The position numbers were made by a program, and so were the translations under genes. Shown here in pieces: positions 21,101 through 29,637 of a stretch of 64,000 bases of DNA. Source of the DNA: Nanobdellati archaeon (GTDB taxonomy: Archaea > EX4484-52 > WAPT01); NCBI GenBank assembly GCA_015520605.1, contig WAPT01000001.1, positions 14,721 through 78,720 of the forward strand, read 5' to 3'. Position 1 is the first letter of the stretch. Every line of letters begins with the position of its first letter. The notes under the pieces were generated by a model, which had not been told where the DNA came from, searched no databases, and worked only from the letters and a program-made list of their open reading frames with translations.

Positions 21101-22122
21101 CGTTTTTGGGCAAAATAACATGCCCTGAAGGAACCGTTTGCAAAAAGAAGGTCTGCTATGCGGCGGAAGACAGATTTGGGTACAGGAGTCCGATAACTGC
21201 TAGCGATGAGTTCAGGATTGATAAACAGCCACCGGTCATCAACGCCACGGTTCTACCCTCCCCTGTGCTCTCATCGTTCGGCCCAGAGAAAGAAAAGGTC
21301 TTCATCATTTTAAGATGTGACGATGGTGACGGGAGCGGATGTGCTATAACTAAAATCTCCAGCACAGCACTTTTCTCCTCCAAACCATGTGAGTTGCAAG
21401 GAGATGGCGAGACCATATGCGAATTTATCGCTCCCGACTGTACTGGTTTAATCAGCAGAACACAGCCCTATTCTGTAGAAAGTGAAGACATGGTTCACAA
21501 TTCAATTTCACATACTTACGAATATGAAGTCAAATTTAATACAGGATGCAGTTGTTACACAGGCAACGAATGTTATAGCGGTTCTTGTGTTGATGGTAGA
21601 TGTAAGGGGGTTATAAATGTAACGCAGGGAGGAAATGTTGTTCAACCACAACGACCTTCATCCAACCCGATCGAAGTAAATATTTCACACACGTCCCTTC
21701 GGTTGATGGTTGGGGAGGTTTATCGGGGAGTTATAGATGTCAAGAACAACAATAACTTCATGGACACTGTTGTGCTACACATAAACACCAATCCCGAATA
21801 TCCATGGAAACACTGGGTGTATTTTGAGGGTGAAAAATTCTCCATGAACGGTGATCAGTTCGTTATCAACCTGAAGGGCGAGGAGGAAAGGAGAGTTGTG
21901 TTTATAATAGAACCCAACATGGTAACCATTTCGCCGATAACCGTGAATATTACCGCTGAAGGTTTGATCTCTGGAGGAAAGTCAACACAAACCATGAAAG
22001 TGGATGTTGTGGCACATGGAAGCAACGGGGCAAAAAGTTCACTACCTGGAATTGAGTTTTACAATGTATGGGTGATCGCACTGATGGCTGCGTTCCTCTC
22101 CTATTTAAATTTCCGGAAATAA
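18127..22122 (+). CDS. Large Cys-rich surface adhesin-like protein (DUF2341, LamG-like lectin, TSP3-like Ca-binding repeat, Ig-like domains, C-terminal anchor)
   Basis: WWNDDWKYRIPI...DFRDIRF...YLYFGNP; LELDGNDDY...GRVDELYIFN; DSDGDGVPDRDDLCP; LPGIEF-TM-RK. Confidence 0.8.
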   Translation: MHESKNMMGVGIIILVSMFFGIAISSKISFGWWNDDWKYRIPINVSYDGSSEIDNYQLKLVINYQEGMQCDFRDIRFTQVINGDEIEIPYFIENYTDCQEAFVWIKMIKLTPGENTVYLYFGNPNVSSKSSSSDVFLGKISNVAGCWYFDKETNNIVIDCSGVGNPMTLYNGATLGDGKYGYALELDGNDDYASSDLNGINFQKNEIAILFWLLDDMESNGNREWFINKLTTQPSTGFGFYTTDTDENNLRRLVFSVGSTAASKEVSIMIPSHTWVSVGGVVRLYNSTHYRVELWINGSMVNYTYIEDASLKLENTEPLTIGMFNNSFYAYGRVDELYIFNTSLDGNTIEQLSVARGVVLPEEPLTLYLTQYASPQPAYTIGAIEKYLKAVGEPCTSDDECETGHCAVDYDGNGAWCMPKTSCAHNGIEYKDGSYAPECLSKTSTWKCSAGTWQEFNCGRWSVCKSGKCLLKDSDGDGVPDRDDLCPGTPAGCKVYANNGCPKVPFKYHIKNNISSSCPGSSIPVDPEHYCLSTSQDPKIKFYVGTVLANSEPYCDPLYGTEGWHDVEDGRNYCEFPIPVSINPGKYTLYAEYELGGRTYKDVVESGFVVKSSCSTRTRCNHGGHMESNPTYNIAFSNGQCEVSGGIYYCKNGTTVSLTSISRVVPHCSDGAYASARPPGLLAWVYSGNVFLAEKDNKYAGCSLWNPSVNDRRYLFSLKVGFRWACNIGWASGAKYNHINNIYTFKKPGKYMLYVDLINAVCDSPDYICPTNCSGYKCLCYIGTMKGDQWGFLNLGKYEIAVVDPELKFISTPSSPIKLDGSPSITLTWKIRNTGIGDIDVKVAPVCPAGWKCVVDPTRVRNVKENNNVTITLTVYNKKPPAMVNAKRIPVGINISYFDSYGLYPEKRTGNSVILILDNRPPVVGFSAPSGYGWSASDLPFKITCDDNPYTSYGTYGGCNKIYYLVVNSSQKCPQDLNSYKVYSSNPQETLTFLGKITCPEGTVCKKKVCYAAEDRFGYRSPITASDEFRIDKQPPVINATVLPSPVLSSFGPEKEKVFIILRCDDGDGSGCAITKISSTALFSSKPCELQGDGETICEFIAPDCTGLISRTQPYSVESEDMVHNSISHTYEYEVKFNTGCSCYTGNECYSGSCVDGRCKGVINVTQGGNVVQPQRPSSNPIEVNISHTSLRLMVGEVYRGVIDVKNNNNFMDTVVLHINTNPEYPWKHWVYFEGEKFSMNGDQFVINLKGEEERRVVFIIEPNMVTISPITVNITAEGLISGGKSTQTMKVDVVAHGSNGAKSSLPGIEFYNVWVIALMAAFLSYLNFRK

Positions 22123-22132
22123 AAGGAATTTT

Positions 22133-22873
22133 ATGCCGGAGTTCAGGGAGGAGAGGGTATTTGATGAGAACGATTACAAGTACTTCTCAAAGGTCTTTGA
22201 TTTCTTCACGTTTGATGCGATAAGAACGTTTGAAATAAGACGGGTCATAAAAAGGGCTTCGGGTGTTATAAAGGAGGGTAAAGAGTCCATCATCGTCCTG
22301 TGCGAGGGCCCTGAAAATGATTACCGCATCCTCAAAATTTACAAGATAGAAACTTCCGACTTTAAGAGAATGGAAGAATACATAGTTGGGGATCCCCGCT
22401 TTAAATCTGTGAGAAAGAAGAAGAGGGATCTCATTTACCAGTGGTGCAGAAAGGAATTCTCCAACCTGAAAAAAGCTCAAAAAGCAGGAGTTTCGGCTCC
22501 AAAACCGTATGCCTTCATGAGAAACATGCTTATCATGGAATGCGTGATGGACGGAGATAACATAGCGAGATCCTTAGACGATATGAATGAGGGTGAGCTT
22601 GATGATCCAGAGGAATTTTTCTGGAAAATTGTTGAAGAGCTGAGAAAGCTTTACAAGAATGCAAAGCTTATCCATGCCGATATAAGCGAGTTCAACATAT
22701 TGAAGAGTAACAACAAACCTGTGCTCATAGATTTCGCGCAGGCTGTTCTCCAAACGCACCCAATGGCCGATAGGTTTCTGGAGAGAGATGTGAGTAACCT
22801 CACTAAATTCTTCAGGAGAGCTTATCGGCTCAATTTTTCTTGCAATGACGTGCTTCAATACATAAAAAACTGA
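22133..22873 (+). CDS. rio1: RIO1 family atypical kinase
   Basis: GKES, KIYK, WCRKEFSNL, IHADISEFNIL, IDFAQAV. Confidence 0.93.
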   Translation: MPEFREERVFDENDYKYFSKVFDFFTFDAIRTFEIRRVIKRASGVIKEGKESIIVLCEGPENDYRILKIYKIETSDFKRMEEYIVGDPRFKSVRKKKRDLIYQWCRKEFSNLKKAQKAGVSAPKPYAFMRNMLIMECVMDGDNIARSLDDMNEGELDDPEEFFWKIVEELRKLYKNAKLIHADISEFNILKSNNKPVLIDFAQAVLQTHPMADRFLERDVSNLTKFFRRAYRLNFSCNDVLQYIKN

Positions 22874-22893
22874 TACAAAAGAAATTAACAATC

Positions 22894-23457
22894 ATGAAAG
22901 GTGAAGATGACGTGCATGACGACTTTCAGATATTCGAGGAAAGTTTAAGAATTCCGGAAGAAAGGGTGCCTGTGCTCATCGGCAGGAGGGGCCAAACCAA
23001 AAGAGAAATTGAAAAAAAGCTTGAGTGCGAGATAAAGGTTTCATCTGATGGAGAAATCGTGATAAGAGGCACACCAATCAACCTCATGAAAGCACGGGAA
23101 ATCGTTCTCGCGATAGGCAGGGGTTTCTCTCCCGAAAATGCGATGAAACTCTTTGACATCAAAGTAATGCTGGATATTATTGACCTCAACGAGCTGCTTG
23201 GCAGAAATCAAAACAGGCTGATACGTCAGAGAGCAAGGATAATCGGCACGAAAGGCAGCGCAAAGAAACAGATAGAAAACATGACAAACACCATCATCTC
23301 CGTTTATGGAAAGACCGTAGCCATAATCGGTCCGCCATCGAACGTGAGAGTTGCGAGAGAAGCCATAGTGATGCTTGCCGAAGGTGCTAAGCACACCACC
23401 GTTTATAATTACATAAAGAGGAACACCCATGCCATAGATGACTATCCATTCAAGTAG
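22894..23457 (+). CDS. KH-domain pre-rRNA processing protein (Dim2/Pno1 family)
   Basis: VLIGRRG, AIGRGFSPE, RIIGTKG, VYGKTVAIIG. Confidence 0.92.
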   Translation: MKGEDDVHDDFQIFEESLRIPEERVPVLIGRRGQTKREIEKKLECEIKVSSDGEIVIRGTPINLMKAREIVLAIGRGFSPENAMKLFDIKVMLDIIDLNELLGRNQNRLIRQRARIIGTKGSAKKQIENMTNTIISVYGKTVAIIGPPSNVRVAREAIVMLAEGAKHTTVYNYIKRNTHAIDDYPFK

Positions 23458-23550
23458 CGAATTTTTTATTAATGGGGAATTTCCCAACAGGAAGTATGGA
23501 GTATACCGAATGATGGCTGAGGAGGTAGGCTGTGTGTTAAGGTGTGAGAG

Positions 23551-25398
23551 ATGAGTGCCGACCCAAACAATTATGCAAGTGATATGTCGAGGCTTCAGAT
23601 GGAGATCAGCGTCGCGGAGTTTTTTGAGAAAAACCGCCACCTCTTGGGTTTTGAGAACCCCACAAAGGCGATGCTTACTTGTGTGAGAGAAGCTGTTGAT
23701 AACTCTCTCGATGCGTGTGAGGAAGCGAAGATTCTGCCGGAAGTCTATGTGGAGATAAAAGGTGTTAACGGTTCCGAGGATCATTATCTGATCGTTGTTG
23801 AAGACAACGGCCCGGGAATAGTCAAGAGCGAGGTTCCTTACGTATTCGGGAAGCTTCTTTTTGGCTCGAAATTTCACAGGCTGAAACAGAGCAGAGGTCA
23901 GCAGGGCATAGGAATAAGCGGAGCTGTGCTTTACGCGCAGCTCACAACCGGAAAGCCCACGAGAGTATATTCACGGGTAGGAGATGGCAAGGTGTATGTG
24001 TTTGATGTCATGATAGACACCCAGAAAAACGAACCAAGAATTCTGAATTATATGGAGCTTGATAGCGAAGGACACGGCGTTAGGATAGAGATGGAAATAA
24101 AGGGTAGGTATGTAAGGGGAAGGCAGTCCGTACTTGAGTACCTGAGGGCTGTTTCCTTAATGAATCCGTTTGCCCAGATCGTATTTGTTGAACCGAACGG
24201 AAATGAGTTGGTTTTTGAGAGAAAAATCGAAGAACTTCCTCCTGAAGCCAAGGAAATAAAGCCACATCCGCACGGCATAGAGTTCGGGATGTTTCTTAGG
24301 ATGTTAAAGGATACAAAGGCAAAAACCCTCGTGAACTTCTTTGTCAATGAGTTCTCGAGGGTGGGGAAAGATACCGCCATGGAGATATGCGCGCTAGCGG
24401 AAATAAGCCCGGACAGGACACCGCAGAGGATAACGAGGGAGGAAGCTGAAAGGATATGGGATGTTGTGCAGAAGATGAAGTTTTATGCTCCCCCAACAAA
24501 TTGTCTCTCTCCGGTGGGAAGCGAAGCAATAGAAAAGAGTTTAAAGGCGGAGTTTAACCCGGAGTTCGTGGCTGCGGTCAGCAGAAAACCCTCTGTTTAT
24601 AGAGGAAATCCGTTTCTGGTGGAGGTCGGTATAGCCTACGGTGGGGATCTTGACCCTGAGGGCCCGGTCACCATTTACCGTTTTGCGAACAAGATGCCTC
24701 TGCTTTACCAACAGCCCGCATGTGTTATAACAAGGGCGATAGCGGATGTGGACTGGAAAAGGTATGGGTTAAGTCAACCATCCGGATCCCTTCCTTACGG
24801 GCCTCTTGCCATAGCTGTGCACTTCGCTTCCGTCTGGGTTCCGTACACTTCTGAGGGGAAAGAAGCAATAGCAGCATATCCGGAGATCATGAAAGAGATA
24901 AAGCTCACATTGCAGGAGGTCGGGAGGAAACTCAGCACATATCTCTCTGCAAAGAAAAGGGAAAAGATGAGGCAGAGAAGGATAAGCATATTTATGAGGT
25001 ATTCTCCTGAGGTTGTGGCTGCCATCCACAAGCTTACCTGTGTTGATGAAAAAACCGTAGAGGAAGCCATCACTAATCTTCTCAGGACAAAAGGTCTTCA
25101 CAACAAGGAAGAAACGGAAGCTGTGGTTGAAGATGTTGTACAGGAAGCTGAAGAGGTGGAAGACATCATTGAAGGTGTAGAGGATAAGGATGTTGACTCG
25201 GGGCAGGAGAGCAAGGGTCTAAAGGAGAAAAGAATCGAAGATATTAACGAAGGTGTTAAGTTCCAGTCAAATCCACCTGCTGATGTTACTGAAAATGACT
25301 CGACTATAGAATCTCGGGAGGGTAAAAACGAAAACAAAGGTAATGATGAAGACGCATCCACACCATCAACCCTCAAGAAGTGGATGGTGATAGAATGA
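23551..25398 (+). CDS. top6B: DNA topoisomerase VI subunit B
   Basis: EFFEKN, EAVDNSLDA, DNGPGI, SRGQQGIGISG, FANKMPLLY. Confidence 0.97.
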   Translation: MSADPNNYASDMSRLQMEISVAEFFEKNRHLLGFENPTKAMLTCVREAVDNSLDACEEAKILPEVYVEIKGVNGSEDHYLIVVEDNGPGIVKSEVPYVFGKLLFGSKFHRLKQSRGQQGIGISGAVLYAQLTTGKPTRVYSRVGDGKVYVFDVMIDTQKNEPRILNYMELDSEGHGVRIEMEIKGRYVRGRQSVLEYLRAVSLMNPFAQIVFVEPNGNELVFERKIEELPPEAKEIKPHPHGIEFGMFLRMLKDTKAKTLVNFFVNEFSRVGKDTAMEICALAEISPDRTPQRITREEAERIWDVVQKMKFYAPPTNCLSPVGSEAIEKSLKAEFNPEFVAAVSRKPSVYRGNPFLVEVGIAYGGDLDPEGPVTIYRFANKMPLLYQQPACVITRAIADVDWKRYGLSQPSGSLPYGPLAIAVHFASVWVPYTSEGKEAIAAYPEIMKEIKLTLQEVGRKLSTYLSAKKREKMRQRRISIFMRYSPEVVAAIHKLTCVDEKTVEEAITNLLRTKGLHNKEETEAVVEDVVQEAEEVEDIIEGVEDKDVDSGQESKGLKEKRIEDINEGVKFQSNPPADVTENDSTIESREGKNENKGNDEDASTPSTLKKWMVIE

Positions 25399-26495
25399 GA
25401 GACGACGTTCCCGATGAGGAGATAATAGAGGCGCTTAGCGAAATTGGGAGGAAAGTGCTCATGCAGATGATGGAAGGCGAGAACCCTTACATCGAGATGA
25501 AGGTCAGAACCCTTTCCAATGTTTATTTTGACGAAAAAGAGAGGATAATAAAACTCGGTGACATGAAGCAGAGGAGATATTTCCTGAATGCGGGGCAGGC
25601 CAAAAAGTTCATGCAAACTCTGCTCGTTGCTGAACGCATAAAGTGGCTACTGGAGCGGAACAGGAGCCTGAGCAAGAGGCAGCTGTTCTACACGCTGAAG
25701 CACACCATCCCGGGCACGAAGGAGAACACGTTTGACGAGCAGAATGAGAGCGACGAAATCCTGGAGGATCTCGAGGTAACCATAGATGTGCTTGTGGAGA
25801 GGTTTAACATAATAGCCGATTCGAAAGGTGTTATGGCTGGACCGCTTGTGGTGGAGGACAAGGGCGACACGATAGATCTCACCAAAATGGGTAGTGCCGG
25901 CTACGCTGTTCCCGGGATAGTTGAACCGGACGTCGTTAAATTTAAAGAGTGCTCAGCAGATTATGTTCTGGTTGTGGAGAAAGCCGCTGTGTGGAACCTG
26001 CTTAATGAGGACAGGTACTGGCAGAAGGAGAACTGCATACTGATAACGGGCAAGGGTCAGCCGTCAAGGGCTGAAAGGAGGATGGTTCACCGCCTCCATA
26101 AGGAGCTCGGCCTGCCCGTTTATGTTTTCACGGACATGGATCCGTGGGGGTATTACATTTATTCGGTTTACAAGCAGGGCTCCATAAACCTCGCGCATTT
26201 TTCCATGAAGTGCGGTGTTCCTGAAGCAAAGTTCATAGGGTTCTGCACCTCCGACGTTAATGAATTCAACATGCCGAGTGACGCGTTCATAAAAATGAAG
26301 GACATAGATTTCAAGAGGATTAAGGAGCTCAAGAACTACGAATGGTTCAAAAACAGAGAATGGCAGAAAGAGCTGGACAGCCTGCGCAAGTTCGGTTACA
26401 AGATAGAGCAGGATGCACTGGTCATGAAGGGCCTTGAGTTCACCGCCAAGGAATACCTGCCAACTAAGATAGAAAACAACATGTTCCTGCCGTGA
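25395..26495 (+). CDS. top6A: DNA topoisomerase VI subunit A
   Basis: RQLFY (catalytic Tyr), NTFDEQNES, VVEK, TDMDPWG TOPRIM. Confidence 0.97.
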   Translation: MRDDVPDEEIIEALSEIGRKVLMQMMEGENPYIEMKVRTLSNVYFDEKERIIKLGDMKQRRYFLNAGQAKKFMQTLLVAERIKWLLERNRSLSKRQLFYTLKHTIPGTKENTFDEQNESDEILEDLEVTIDVLVERFNIIADSKGVMAGPLVVEDKGDTIDLTKMGSAGYAVPGIVEPDVVKFKECSADYVLVVEKAAVWNLLNEDRYWQKENCILITGKGQPSRAERRMVHRLHKELGLPVYVFTDMDPWGYYIYSVYKQGSINLAHFSMKCGVPEAKFIGFCTSDVNEFNMPSDAFIKMKDIDFKRIKELKNYEWFKNREWQKELDSLRKFGYKIEQDALVMKGLEFTAKEYLPTKIENNMFLP

Positions 26496-26510
26496 GACGG
26501 TGAATGATTT

Positions 26511-27338
26511 ATGAAGAGTGCACGCCATCTCCCGAAAAACATGCGTCTCTGGGATGGAAAGGGCTACATAGCCATAATGCTCTTTGGGCTTTTGCTGAAC
26601 GGAAACCTAAGCACAATACACCCGAAACAACTTGTGGCTTTCACGCTTGCGTCCGTACTTTACGTTGGTTACGCGTTCAGCATAAACAACTGCTTCGACA
26701 CGGACACAGATTCTTTAAATGCGCGCAAGAAATCTAAGAACCCTGTCGTGAGCGGAAAGATATCCAGAAAACTTGCGTTGATCTTTTCCGCGTGCCTCAT
26801 CACTGCAGGTATTCTGATCGTTGCTCTTGCATTCAACACGGATATGTTCATCACTTACGTCACGATGTGTGTGCTTGCAACCCTCTATTCTGCACCGCCG
26901 AGACTTAAGGCAACGCCATTTTTGGATGTACTCTCACACGGTCTGTTTTTCGGAACGCTTCCTGTTTATTTTGGAGCGTTTTTTGACGGCACACTCACCC
27001 ACACTGAGATAATGTCAGGAGTTGCGTTTTTCGTCTATTCCTGCTTCCTCCAGCTGAGAAACCTGTTGGAAGATTATGAGAGTGATTTGAAAGCCGGGTT
27101 ACGCACAACACCCAGCATAATAGGAGTAAGGAACACTACGATCCTTACATTAACAAGTGGTACCTTAAGCAGTATGCTTCTTGCCCGGACACTCCTAAAA
27201 TTTTGTCCATTGCTTCTGATTTTTCCAATCGTAACCACACTATTGTTTCTGTTCTTTGAGAAGGAAAAGATTAATAAAATCTTGGACTTCATCATGACAC
27301 TGTTATGTTTGCTTATAATTCTGAGCGTAAACCTCTAA
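26511..27338 (+). CDS. UbiA family prenyltransferase
   Basis: INNCFDTDTD...KNP..SG, YSAPPRLK, DYESD..AGLRT; multi-TM. Confidence 0.9.
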   Translation: MKSARHLPKNMRLWDGKGYIAIMLFGLLLNGNLSTIHPKQLVAFTLASVLYVGYAFSINNCFDTDTDSLNARKKSKNPVVSGKISRKLALIFSACLITAGILIVALAFNTDMFITYVTMCVLATLYSAPPRLKATPFLDVLSHGLFFGTLPVYFGAFFDGTLTHTEIMSGVAFFVYSCFLQLRNLLEDYESDLKAGLRTTPSIIGVRNTTILTLTSGTLSSMLLARTLLKFCPLLLIFPIVTTLLFLFFEKEKINKILDFIMTLLCLLIILSVNL

Positions 27339-28201
27339 GCGAGCTTAAGCCACTTAAATTTCTTCAGATGATGTTCGGGGTTTTTGCGGTGTTTTATCTC
27401 CTGAAACTGATGGAATATAATGAGGTTGTGGTGGCGATCAGAAATATGGAGCTGAGGTATCTGTTTCTGTGCGGCATGCTCTCGATGTCCCATCTTCTCC
27501 TTTCCTCCCTGAGGTGGTACATTTTTTTGCTCCCCAACCAACAGAGGAGACTGCGCTATCTTCAGATTATCAAGGCCAACCTTAAGGGATATTCCATAAT
27601 GTTCTCCATGCCGTTTGGCGCCACAGGACACCTTATAAAGCCTAAGCTTATACCGGGTGATTACAAAGACAACCTTTTTTCTCTGATCTTGAGCCAGACC
27701 ATGGAGATAAACGCCCTGCTTGCTGTATTTCTCTTCTGGAAGTTCGGAATGAAGGGTCTGATTTTGCCCGTTGCGGCGTGTGTTGCCATACTACTCTTGA
27801 GAAAAATGAGAGAGACCACATTTTTAGTGAAGCTGTTTAACGGGTTCATTGAGAGGGTGCGGATCCCACACGATAAGGTTTTGGTGAGCGGGTTCATCCT
27901 TGGGGTTATGACCCTTCTTGTGCAGGCAGCGGGAATCATCTTCGCTTTTAGAGCAACGGGCTTGGATGTGGGAATGAGTAATGCAATCCTCGCGGTTGTG
28001 CTCTGCCATGTATTCGGAGCTCTCTCTCCGTTTCCCGCCGGAATTGCTGTGGGTGAGATGGGGATAGTACTCGCCACGGGTCAAGAGACCCACGCGGTTA
28101 TTGCTGCGTTCATTTACCGGTTCATTTTTCAGTATGTTTATTCCGCACTAGGATCCCTGCTGTTCATTAGGGAAGGGGTCAAGAAGGGTGTGCGCACATG
28201 A
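27305..28201 (+). CDS. UPF0104 / lysylphosphatidylglycerol synthase TM-domain (flippase-like) protein; start uncertain
   Basis: SLRW, PAGIAVGE, AAFIYR; multi-TM. Confidence 0.75.
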   Translation: MFAYNSERKPLSELKPLKFLQMMFGVFAVFYLLKLMEYNEVVVAIRNMELRYLFLCGMLSMSHLLLSSLRWYIFLLPNQQRRLRYLQIIKANLKGYSIMFSMPFGATGHLIKPKLIPGDYKDNLFSLILSQTMEINALLAVFLFWKFGMKGLILPVAACVAILLLRKMRETTFLVKLFNGFIERVRIPHDKVLVSGFILGVMTLLVQAAGIIFAFRATGLDVGMSNAILAVVLCHVFGALSPFPAGIAVGEMGIVLATGQETHAVIAAFIYRFIFQYVYSALGSLLFIREGVKKGVRT

Positions 28202-29391
28202 TGGTGGCTCTGATCAGTGACTGGTACTACCCCGTAATAGGAGGGGTTGCAAGCCACATGCATGCCCTCGCTTTGAAGCTGAAGGAAAAGGGGCTGGAAG
28301 TTGCAATAATAACCAACGACTGGAACACCGGGAAGGAGGAGGAACTTGAAGATAATGGCATAAGTCTAGTGAAAATAGGTGGAAAGACAAGCCCAATCGT
28401 GAGAGTTAACCTCTCCGTCATGCTGAATCCCGATCCGCTCTCTAGAGTTCTAAGGGATTTTGACGTGGTGCACGCACATCATGCTTTTGTGCCCCTTTCA
28501 TTCAAAGCTATCGGCTGTGCATCCTCGCTGAACCTGCCGACAGTTCTCACAAATCACACCATCTCCTTCATGTACGATTTCAGACTATGGAAGGTGATAG
28601 GAGGAAGGTTATCTATAATTAAGGGTAGCATAAACCGCGCAAACAGGATAATTGCTGTAAGTAGCGCTGCCGCAAAGTTCATAGAGCACTTTCTGGACGA
28701 GGAGAACAGGGATAAAGTTGAAATCATCCCCAACGGTGTCAATACAGCAAGGTTCACACCACCTTCCCCAGAGGAGAGGGAAAAAATTAAGTCGGAACTC
28801 GGCATAGAGTCCGAAAAGGTTGTGCTCTACCTGAGCAGGATGAGTATAAGAAAGGGTCCTAACATCCTGCTCAAGGCGTTCAGCTCTCTTCTTGATGAGC
28901 TTGACAGCGAGACGAGAAAAACAACCCTTCTCATTATGGCCGGAAGCGGTGAAATGCTCCCTGCACTTAAAGCCCAAGCAAAAATGCTCGGTGTTGAAAA
29001 GAACGTCATGTTCACCGGAAAGGTTGGTGACGAGCTTGTGCCCAAACTTTTTAAAATCGCGGATATTTTTGTACTGCCTTCGATAACAGCTGAAGCTTTC
29101 GGAATGGTGATACTGGAAGCCATGGCCTCCGGCGTTCCCGTGGTGGCAACCAGAGTTGGAGGGATACCAGAGATCTTAAAGAGATCAAAGTGTGGTGTGC
29201 TTGTTGAGCCTCTCAGCGAGGTGGAACTGACTGTAGCAATGCTAAGACTGCTTGAAAATCCCGATATGGCCGCGAAAATGGGAAAGAAAGGAAGATATGC
29301 TGCCGAAAAATATTACAGCTGGGACGTTATCAGCAAAAAGGTTGTTGATGTGTACAGAGGTGTTGCTACCTCGCATCGCGGGTCAGTTTAA
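28198..29391 (+). CDS. GT4 family glycosyltransferase
   Basis: SDWYYP.IGGV, IIPNGV, EAFGMVILEAMASG. Confidence 0.93.
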   Translation: MMVALISDWYYPVIGGVASHMHALALKLKEKGLEVAIITNDWNTGKEEELEDNGISLVKIGGKTSPIVRVNLSVMLNPDPLSRVLRDFDVVHAHHAFVPLSFKAIGCASSLNLPTVLTNHTISFMYDFRLWKVIGGRLSIIKGSINRANRIIAVSSAAAKFIEHFLDEENRDKVEIIPNGVNTARFTPPSPEEREKIKSELGIESEKVVLYLSRMSIRKGPNILLKAFSSLLDELDSETRKTTLLIMAGSGEMLPALKAQAKMLGVEKNVMFTGKVGDELVPKLFKIADIFVLPSITAEAFGMVILEAMASGVPVVATRVGGIPEILKRSKCGVLVEPLSEVELTVAMLRLLENPDMAAKMGKKGRYAAEKYYSWDVISKKVVDVYRGVATSHRGSV

Positions 29392-29433
29392 ATTTTTAAA
29401 CATTTTGGAGATAGATAAAATTTAGGCTTCTGT

Positions 29434-29509
29434 GCCCCCGTAGCTCAGCAGGTAGAGCGCGCGGCTGTTAACCGCGTTGTCCCAGGTTCGAGTCCTGGCG
29501 GGGGCGCCA
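29434..29509 (+). tRNA. tRNA-Asn(GTT), CCA encoded
   Basis: Acceptor GCCCCCG/CGGGGGC, anticodon arm CGCGG-CTGTTAA-CCGCG, T-loop TTCGAGT. Confidence 0.96.
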
Positions 29510-29581
29510 TTTTGCTACTTCTAAAAATGATTAAAGAATTGTGCAAATTTTTCGAAAATTATAAACGTCACTTGCCGAAAT

Positions 29582-29607
29582 AATTTCTCGTTAAATAACG
29601 AAAAATT
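29582..29607. promoter_or_regulatory. Inverted repeat adjoining the TATA box upstream of pyruvate kinase
   Basis: AATTTcTCGTTA-AA-TAACGAaAAATT followed by TTTATATATT. Confidence 0.45.
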
Positions 29608-29637
29608 TATATATTTATGTGGAAAAGTAATTGTCTC

